This document shows, in pieces, positions 1-7,180 of a stretch of DNA of 32,000 nucleotides. The stretch's first letter is position 1. Every line of letters begins with the position of its first letter. The position numbers were made by a program, and so were the translations under genes. The notes beneath the pieces are model-generated. The model was not told where the DNA came from. It saw only the letters and a list, made by a program, of their open reading frames with translations, and made no database searches. The DNA is taken from positions 820,444-852,443 of the forward strand of contig PQXB01000001.1 in NCBI GenBank assembly GCA_003194425.1, in the 5' to 3' direction. Origin of the DNA: Candidatus Methanophagaceae archaeon. Its GTDB lineage: Archaea > Halobacteriota > Syntropharchaeia > Alkanophagales > Methanospirareceae.

Positions 1-1689
1 TGATATAATCTTCGTCTCGTGAATCAATTTTAGATTCTGATTTTGTTTTTTGGTTTGGAGAAATATGTCTAACTATAGATTCAAATAAGGATCCAAATGG
101 ATGCTTTCTATCTACTCTATATTTATAAAAAAATTTTTCTATTGTTTTACCTGTATTTTCTATTGGAACTTTACGGAAGTAACTATCTTTCTTGTTCAGA
201 TCGTAATTGAGTTTGGCGTTGAATTTCGTTGAATAGTCTATTGAAAGAGCATAATTAAAAAAATCATTTTCATAAAAAGGAGATAAGAAATATTCATTAT
301 AATTCCTACCAACATAGCAATGATCATTCATATAACCATATATTCGATTTTCTATGACATAACGCTCAAATTGTTTTATATTATCTGTTGAATCATATTT
401 TCCTTTAATTGTTTCATAATTATACTCAATTTCCCTCTTGATGTTGTTTACTATATTTAAAGGCCAATTAAGGCGATTTATCTTTGAGATGTAATAGTCG
501 CTTGGCTTAACCATAGATGAAAACGTTCTCAAAAGGAATAATGTAATTTCATTAGGTAGAAAGTTAGAACTAATTAGCTCCATCTTCCTAAAAATATTTT
601 TAGAGCCACCAATTAAAAAATCAAGTTTTGTAGCTGCCATAATTGTATCACCAACTGTACCTTCTGTGAAGATACTGGAGGGATCAAAAGATTTATGAAA
701 ATCAACTAAATGAAGGTCTCCTTGTAATCTTTTTGTTTCTTGTATATCTATAAGTTGCTCATATTTCTCGGTCAGTTTTTTGAAATTTTTCTCCTTTTGT
801 TTTTCTCGCCCTATGAGTTTTATTTCTACATTTGGATAATTTTTTTTGAGAGCATTGATTAGATGCCCCGCATGATCCTCAGTCGTGTGTGTATAAGTAG
901 TAACTTTTAAGCTTTTTCTTAATAAATGAGCTAATAAATAGCTTGAATCCGTTCCTCCAGAGAAGCATAGAGATATTTTATATCTTTTATTTACTGGATT
1001 AAGCACTTTATCAATTGCATTTAGAAATAAATCCTCAATGTCTTCAAGATACGTTTTGTAATCCACGATTTTATTATCGATGTGGGGTTTATAAAATTTG
1101 TGAGTAAGTTTGTTGTTTTTTGGATTAAATGTATATATTGATAAATTATCTAATTATAGATCGTTTTCCTATTAAGAGTATGTTCAAGACTTAATAATTC
1201 TGCAATTGCCTCTTTACTGAGACTTATATGATTTTCCTTGGCTACTGGGAAAATAAATTTTATGGCTGGTGCCACACAAAAAATATTTCTGGATCTGTGG
1301 TAGTAAAGATCAAAGAGCGTATGGTAAGGTGTTATTATCTGCACAAGTTTCGGAGTTTTAATTACAATATTACCAAAGAAAGGTATTGTCTCAACGAAAT
1401 TTATTCCGTATTTATTATATAATTTTCCTATAAATTTTGCGCCATCATTAATCTCTTTGTCTTTACCTAAAATATAATCATCAAAAAAGATATGTGTGTT
1501 TTCTATTTTTGCATATGGAGTTGGATAAACACCCCAATTGATTAAACCACATAATTCTTTTTTAGAATATTGTTCAAAAATTTGACATTTTGGTTTCCTT
1601 TTTAATACATCTTTTAGAACTTTTTTGATGTATGTTTCTATTTCTTCCGCGTTTACATTGTTATAATAAAAAAGGCCTATATTGCTCAT
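1..1689 (-). pseudogene. Asparagine synthetase-like amidotransferase (AsnB family), apparently frameshifted; C-terminus runs off the window
   Basis: ORF 1150..1719 has a likely start at ATG 1689, with GGTGA 5 nt upstream and an ATGA overlap with the upstream stop. It has the layout of a class-II glutamine amidotransferase domain but begins MSNIG instead of MCGI. A second minus-strand frame is open from 1153 to position 1; it is absent from the ORF track because it has no in-window stop. That frame reads ...NKRYKISLCFSGGTDSSYLLAHLL..., the SGGxDS PP-loop of the AsnB synthetase domain (around 964-947). The two frames meet at TAG 1150-1152. One extra T in TATAATT^AGATAAT would join ...RKTIYN to LDNLSIYTFNP. 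Confidence 0.7.
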
Positions 1690-3018
1690 TCTTTCACCTC
1701 TCTCTGTTGAATATACCACCTATAATAACTCCATCGAGTAATGGAACAAACTGCGCAGCTTATAAAACTTACCCACGCAGCACCCATTGCTCCATATGCC
1801 GGTACTAAAAGAATATTCCCCATCAGATTTGATATACCCATAATAAAACTTGTATTTCGTAACTCAGTGCCCCGGGTGTGGGCGCTTAAAAAATTATTAT
1901 GTGGTAAAGTCAACCCAGAAACTAACCCAGCCAATGCAAGAGGCAATATCAAAGGAACAGTCGGCAAAAAGTTTTCGGTAAATAGCAAAACCACGATAAA
2001 CTTTCCAAATATCACCAAACCAGCAACACAAGCCGCAAGCCATAGAAAATTATAGTAAATAACTTTTTTAGGTATCCTTTTCATATCAACAAATCCTTTA
2101 AATAAACTCCTAGATAAAGCTTGAGAAAGTCCCACCATTGGCGCCGTAATCATCGTCATTGCTAAAGAATAAAATCCCAATTGTGTTGTGTTAACAAAAT
2201 ATGTGATGAAGTGTTGTGTTAACAAAATATGTGATGAAAATTCTGTCTAACTGGTATGTAGACTGGTCTACAATCTGACCTAAATAGAGATGAAATCCAT
2301 ATTCCTTATTCTTTTTCCATATTTCCTTCAAATTTTCTCTTATATTATTGAACAGGGGATGGAACGAATGCATAACAACAAGAACGCTGACAATCGTGCT
2401 GAAGATGCTCAATAATATGAAATGGAAAGGTTCAATTTGGATGATTTTCAAAAGCATCAGTGCTCCTAAAAGGTAAACGGCTGTGGGAATCACACTGAAG
2501 AGAGACAGCCTCTCGATCTTGTTCATACCTCTCCCGACCTGCGGGACTAACATGCCAAATGGCAGAGCAATTAACAGAAAAGAAGAATATCTCAGAATCC
2601 AACCGACATTTGTATTAAAAATATCATCAACAAAAAAACTCAGGAACAGTATAAAAAATGAATAAGATATTCCAATCAAAAAAGCTACAATAACCGAAGC
2701 CCCAGCTAATTCTCTCTCTTTTCTTTCATCTTTTGCCTGCGCAATCAGCAACCCACTCGCACTGAAGAATCCAAAACGAAAGAATAAAACAGTAAAAGAA
2801 GTAATAGTAAAGAAAAATGCTAAAATTCCATATCCTTCCGGACCTAAAACCCTTGTATTAATAATGCCAGTAAAAACACCTAAAAATAAGGCGGCAATCT
2901 GAGAGAGAAATAAGGTAGAAGTTTGCCTTCCAGTTTTCCCCATTAAATCCTTTTTAAATTCATATACTATGCTTTTTGCGTTTACCATCCTGAACCCCAA
3001 ACCATTCTTTATTTTCAC
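1686..3018 (-). pseudogene. MOP/PST-family (Wzx-like) polysaccharide flippase, split by a 28-bp tandem duplication
   Basis: Two multi-TM fragments: 2191..3018 (275 aa) and 1686..2225 (179 aa). Fragment 1 ends ...RIFITYFVNTTLHHIFC*. Fragment 2 begins (TTG)LTQHFITYFVNTTQLGF. The shared FITYFVNTT comes from the duplication 2183-2210 = 2211-2238. The span is 1333 nt; minus 28 it is 1305 nt, or 435 codons in one frame. Start is GTG 3018 (GTGA overlap with the wecC stop) or ATG 2988. Confidence 0.85.
2183..2238. repeat. Perfect 2 x 28-bp tandem duplication (gtgttgtgttaacaaaatatgtgatgaa)
   Basis: Read directly from the sequence. Bases flanking each copy differ, so the repeat is exactly 56 nt. Confidence 0.98.
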
Positions 3019-4268
3019 TGGGACCTTCCATCTCCCAGCAGCTTCACATCAAATCCCGCCTTTCCCCATCTTCCCATATCTAAAATATTTCTACAATCAA
3101 CCACGTTCCGTCTTCTCATCAACCTGAATATCTCCTCCGGCTCAATCTCTTTAAATTCAGAATGATCAGTAATAATCACGATACAATCGCTACCCCCAAC
3201 CGCATCTTCCAAACTTAAAATTTCATATTCAAATGTTTTGACATAAGGGTCATATATCTTAACATTATATCCCTCATTATCAGCCACTTTTATGAACTTC
3301 AACGCAGGCGTCTCCCTCGTATCATCAACATTTCCCTTATATGCGACGCCAAAAACCGTAATCATTGGGTCTCTAACATCTTCTAACATCTCTCTTACAA
3401 TCTGCAGCACATAGTTCAGCATAGAATCGTTGATCTCTCTTGCCAGTGAAATCATCCTGCATTTGGTCGAATTCTCAGTTAAGAACCAAGGGTCAATCGC
3501 AATGCAGTGTCCTCCTACACCCGGACCTGGGTTGAGAATGTTTACCCGTGGGTGCTTGTTCGCTAATTCTATAGCCCCCCTTATATTTATCCCGCTCTCA
3601 TCTGCCATCTGTGCAAACTCGTTAGCTAAAGCAATGTTTGCATCTCTATAAGTATTCTCCATCAACTTTACAAATTCTGCTGTTCTTATGTCAGTTAAAT
3701 ACAACTTTCCCGTGACAAAAGACGAATACAAATCCCTTGCAAGTTCTCCGGATTTTTTATCAAATCCACCGATTATTCTGTCGTTGTGTATCATCTCGTA
3801 GACGGTGTTTCCAGGTATAGCCCTCTCAGGACAATGAACAAAATAAAATTCCCCTACTTTTAATCCTCTCCTCTCCAGTATAGGAATTACCAGTCTTTCA
3901 CTGGTACCTGGGGGGACCGTTGACTCAAGAATTACAAGATTCTCTTTATTCAGGTGAGGGTAAATCATCTCTGCTGCAGATCTTACATATTTCAAATCCG
4001 CAACTTTTACCGCCTTCTCCAGGGGCGTTGGAACTGCAATTAAAAATACATCCGCAGCCTCAACCTCTGTTTTAGCAACAACATTCTTTTTTGTTTTCTC
4101 AAATAAATCATCGATTTCCGGCTCATCAAATGGGCTTTCTCCTCTGTTTATCTTCTCCACAACTTTTTCACTTATGTCAACGCCAATCACTTCATACTGT
4201 TGAGCAAATAGTAACGCGGTTGGCAACCCAATGTAACCTAATCCAAGCACACAGATCTTCATCGTCAT
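3015..4268 (-). CDS. wecC: UDP-N-acetyl-D-mannosamine dehydrogenase (UDP-sugar 6-dehydrogenase family)
   Basis: 418 codons from ATG 4268. The N-terminus MTMKICVLGLGYIGLPTALLFA is a Rossmann GxGxxG. The segment ...ANKHPRVNILNPGPGVGGHCIAIDPWFL matches the catalytic-Cys block of WecC/Cap5O-type dehydrogenases. ATGA overlaps the wecB stop at 4265-4268. The 26-codon extension in the ORF track lies inside wecB and is rejected. Confidence 0.85.
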   Translation of the reverse strand: MTMKICVLGLGYIGLPTALLFAQQYEVIGVDISEKVVEKINRGESPFDEPEIDDLFEKTKKNVVAKTEVEAADVFLIAVPTPLEKAVKVADLKYVRSAAEMIYPHLNKENLVILESTVPPGTSERLVIPILERRGLKVGEFYFVHCPERAIPGNTVYEMIHNDRIIGGFDKKSGELARDLYSSFVTGKLYLTDIRTAEFVKLMENTYRDANIALANEFAQMADESGINIRGAIELANKHPRVNILNPGPGVGGHCIAIDPWFLTENSTKCRMISLAREINDSMLNYVLQIVREMLEDVRDPMITVFGVAYKGNVDDTRETPALKFIKVADNEGYNVKIYDPYVKTFEYEILSLEDAVGGSDCIVIITDHSEFKEIEPEEIFRLMRRRNVVDCRNILDMGRWGKAGFDVKLLGDGRSQ

Positions 4269-5372
4269 TGTTTCCCTCTTCCCCGCTCCTTTAAAATCTT
4301 GATTATCCGCCTCCCAGCTTCGCCGTCTCCAAAAGGATTTTTCCAATTCTTTTCTCTATTATTTATCATTAATTTAGCACATTCTAAAACTTCTTCAGGA
4401 TTTGTTCCAGCTAGGATATTCGCACCCACCTCAAGAGTTTCAGGTCTCTCTGTATTATCTCGCAAAGTAACACAAGGAACCTTCAATACGCAGGACTCTT
4501 CTTGAAGACCTCCGGAATCAGTTAAAACCAACCTTGCATTTGCCTCTAACTGTAGAAAATCCAGATAGCCTGCAGGCTTAACTAACCTTACCCCTTCTGG
4601 AATTTTTAGCCGAAACTCTTCTAACTTTTTCTCTGTTCTCGGATGAATCGGATAAATTATAACAAAGCCAAACTCTTTGTGCACTAAATCCAATCCCTTT
4701 AGAATCTGCCCTAACCTCTTTTTATCGTCTACGTTTTCTTGTCTGTGTGTAGTGACGAGTAAGAATTCCCTACTTTTTAAGTTCAATCGGTCTAAAATCC
4801 TTGATTTCTCTTTGCCTATTTCCAAATTCTGAAAGACCGCGTCTACTACTGTGTTCCCGGTAATGAAAATTTTGTTTGCGTCAATTCCTTCTTTTATTAG
4901 ATTCTCTCTCGACTTTTCAGTCGGTGCGAACAACAAATCCGAAACATGATCAGCTACAACTCTGTTTATTTCCTCTGGCATATTTCTGTCATAACTCCTT
5001 AAACCCGCCTCAATATGCCCCACTTTGATGTGCAACTTCACCGCCGCCAGAGCACCCGCCAATGTTGAGTTCGTGTCTCCGTAAACAAGAACAATCTCGG
5101 GCTTCTCTCTAACCAAAACTTTTTCAATCCGCTTCAGCCCCTCGCCTGTCTGGTAGCCGTGCGAGCCCGAGCCGACGCCGAGATAATAATCAGGCTTCGG
5201 AATCTTCAACCTTCGGAATCTTCAACTCCTCAAAGAATAGTTTTGAGAGGTTGTAGTCGTAGTGCTGCCCTGTGTGTAAGCAGACATTCTTTATTCTTCC
5301 GCTGCTCGCTTTTAAGACTGGTGCTAATTTTATGAACTGCGGTCTGTTTCCAGTTATATGCAGTATTTTCAT
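4265..5372 (-). pseudogene. wecB: UDP-N-acetylglucosamine 2-epimerase (non-hydrolysing), split by a 16-bp tandem duplication
   Basis: The N-terminal fragment 5190..5372 reads MKILHITGNRPQFIKLAPV...HTGQHYDYNLSKLFFEELKIPK. The C-terminal fragment 4265..5209 reads (TTG)KIPKPDYYLGVGSGSHGYQTGE.... Together they make a complete WecB. The span is 1108 nt; minus 16 it is 1092 nt, or 364 codons, reading ...FFEELKIPKPDYYLGVGSGSH.... Confidence 0.9.
5195..5226. repeat. Perfect 2 x 16-bp tandem duplication (cttcggaatcttcaac)
   Basis: Read directly: 5195-5210 = 5211-5226. Flanking bases differ. Confidence 0.98.
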
Positions 5373-5447
5373 TTTGTTACACCCTCACACACTTACTACA
5401 ATCCAACCCTTTTTCTCTTACATAATTCCAAAGAAAAATGATAACAT

Positions 5448-5636
5448 TCAGTACCTCTTCCTGTAAATCTCATCGTGATGTCCCAAATCGAGGAATCTAA
5501 CCATCTTACCTTCCTCTTCTATTTCAAAGACTAAAAAAAAGGACTTCTCCAAACGAACTCGCCTCAAACCCTTTAAATCATACCTTAACGGTTTGTAATG
5601 GTAGGGATTTTCTATTATCGCTTCTACACTCTTCAT
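5448..5636 (-). CDS. RelE/ParE-like toxin, unusually short (62 aa)
   Basis: The segment ...ENPYHYKPLRYDLKGLRRVRLEKSFFLVFEIEEEGKMVRFLDLGHHDEIY... matches the C-terminal two-thirds of RelE/ParE toxins (nP..g.pL.g.l.g..r.R.g.yR.iy.i.....v.i..i.hR...Y). The usual ~25-aa N-terminal strand and helix are missing. It sits directly downstream of a small acidic ORF. Confidence 0.6.
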   Translation of the reverse strand: MKSVEAIIENPYHYKPLRYDLKGLRRVRLEKSFFLVFEIEEEGKMVRFLDLGHHDEIYRKRY

Positions 5637-5638
5637 TA

Positions 5639-5878
5639 CTACATCGTAGAGTTTTTTAAATCTTCAATATTCGAGAATGTTTCGAAATCTCCTTCTTTCC
5701 TTATCTCCTCTAACTTCTCCAAATACTCCTCTTTTACCTCGTAGAACGCGTCGGTGTGCATTTCAACAAGTGTCTCAAGCATCCCCTCCAACCCTTCTAC
5801 TCTTCCCTTAAGGCTTTTCACATCTTCTAATACCTGCCTCATCATTCCCCTCTCTTCTAGTTCCATCATTTCAAACAC
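5639..5878 (-). CDS. Putative antitoxin partner (small acidic coiled-coil protein)
   Basis: 79-aa E/K-rich ORF ending 2 nt before the toxin ATG, with the junction ATG TAG TAA TGA. Its tail ...IRKEGDFETFSNIEDLKN resembles the ...FEAGRYYTLKTEKDIDKF tail of the antitoxin relic at 20621-20770. Start is GTG 5878 or ATG 5869. The function is inferred from position only. Confidence 0.45.
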   Translation of the reverse strand: MFEMMELEERGMMRQVLEDVKSLKGRVEGLEGMLETLVEMHTDAFYEVKEEYLEKLEEIRKEGDFETFSNIEDLKNSTM

Positions 5879-5901
5879 CTAATCTTATTTTGGCAGCCAC
5901 A

Positions 5902-5909
5902 TATTTAAA
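5902..5909 (-). promoter_or_regulatory. Candidate archaeal TATA box (TTTAAATA) for the RelE-like module
   Basis: On the minus strand: TTTAAATA, then 23 nt, then GTG 5878. TATA-to-start spacing fits a leaderless or very short-leader transcript. Motif-level call only. Confidence 0.3.
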
Positions 5910-5965
5910 GGATGCAAGAAAGGTAATGCCGACATCAAATGCGAATTTCTTGAGGGGTTGTATAA

Positions 5966-7180
5966 TTATCTCTTTTTATTCTTGTGTTCTCTGACAGCGC
6001 TCTCACACACCTCCGCAACTCTTCTCGCAACACTCTCCCAACTACGATTCTTTACCACATATTCTCTCCCCCTCCTTCCCATCTCTTCCCTCAACTTCTT
6101 ATCTTTCAGGAGTTTTATTATTGCTTCTGCTAATTCCTCGGGATTCTCCGGTTCAACTAATATTCCTGCGTTCTGCTCTTCTAAAATCTCAAATCCACTT
6201 ATTCTACTCGCGATCACAGGTTTTTTACAAGCCATATATTCACACAACTTTAAGGGGGAGTATCCAGATTTTAAAGGTTTTTTAGGAACAACACACACAT
6301 CACACGCATTAATATGTAGAGGGACTTTCTCATAAGGCACAGCACCAGTGAAGATAAACTTCTCGGAGACGCCAATTTGCTCACTAAGCTCTGTTAATTC
6401 TTTCCTTAAGGAACCATCACCAACCATCAAGAACCGGGTGTTAGGATAATTTCCCAATATATATGGAGCACTTCTTATAAAATAATCAATTCCCTGATAG
6501 GCAGCAAAAGTACCACTATAGCATATATAATAATAATTTTTTTCAAGATTTAGTTTCTTCCTTGCTTCTGTGATAGAGATTGGCTTAAACAACTCCGTGT
6601 TTGCTCCGTTTTGAATTTCTACCATCTTATCTTCAGGAATCCCATAATCTCTTTGGAGAGTCTCTTTCAGTCTTGATGTAACAACAATAATTTTATCGGC
6701 TCTTGGCAAAGTGAATCTCTCTATTTTGTCAATAATATGTAATGAGATGCCCTTTGCTCGCCCGGCAATTTCCATTTCGTCCACGACTATGCCATTCACT
6801 TCTTTGACCACAGGGATTTTAAAAAATTTAGCTAGGAAGTAGCCACTGTTAAATAAAGTGTGACGTATATAAGCCACATCAGGCATCGATTTCTGCCGCA
6901 TTATTACAACAAAACCAATAAGAAAAATACGAAGATGAGCCAAGAAATATAGAAGTAACCAGAATATTGGTGAAGTCTCCCCTAACCGCTCTAATATTGA
7001 TGACTTCGTCTCAACGACGATTTCCTCTTCAGATTCCGGACGATCGGTATTTAAGTATATTAAATTATGCCCTTCTTTAAGCAGCGATGTCAGCACTTCA
7101 TAAATATGAACGGATTCAGTTCCCAATCTCCTGGTTTTTAAAACACCATAATAAAAAATGTTCATTCTTTTCATCGCCAC
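5966..7180 (-). CDS. GT4-family (GT-B) glycosyltransferase
   Basis: 404 aa. The C-terminal lobe motif ...GYSPLKLCEYMACKKPVIASRISGFEILEEQNAGILVEP is an E(x7)E-type Glycos_transf_1 signature. Confidence 0.85.
   Translation of the reverse strand: MAMKRMNIFYYGVLKTRRLGTESVHIYEVLTSLLKEGHNLIYLNTDRPESEEEIVVETKSSILERLGETSPIFWLLLYFLAHLRIFLIGFVVIMRQKSMPDVAYIRHTLFNSGYFLAKFFKIPVVKEVNGIVVDEMEIAGRAKGISLHIIDKIERFTLPRADKIIVVTSRLKETLQRDYGIPEDKMVEIQNGANTELFKPISITEARKKLNLEKNYYYICYSGTFAAYQGIDYFIRSAPYILGNYPNTRFLMVGDGSLRKELTELSEQIGVSEKFIFTGAVPYEKVPLHINACDVCVVPKKPLKSGYSPLKLCEYMACKKPVIASRISGFEILEEQNAGILVEPENPEELAEAIIKLLKDKKLREEMGRRGREYVVKNRSWESVARRVAEVCESAVREHKNKKR

Noticed and set aside
4269-4346. N-terminal extensions offered by the ORF track. 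Examples: wecC MEKSFWRRR..., methyltransferase MQEAGLLAG... at 11916-12002, aminotransferase MAKERVEKERGEEERGEK at 13040-13093, and TTG/GTG starts at 16683, 25043 and 29637
   Set aside because: Each extension lies inside the preceding gene or a repeat and lacks conservation. Internal ATG starts have RBS-like GGAGG/GGTGA motifs or ATGA coupling and match family N-termini.
5958-6335. 125-aa plus-strand ORF
   Set aside because: Antisense to the GT4 gene 5966..7180. Low-complexity S/L/F composition typical of antisense frames.
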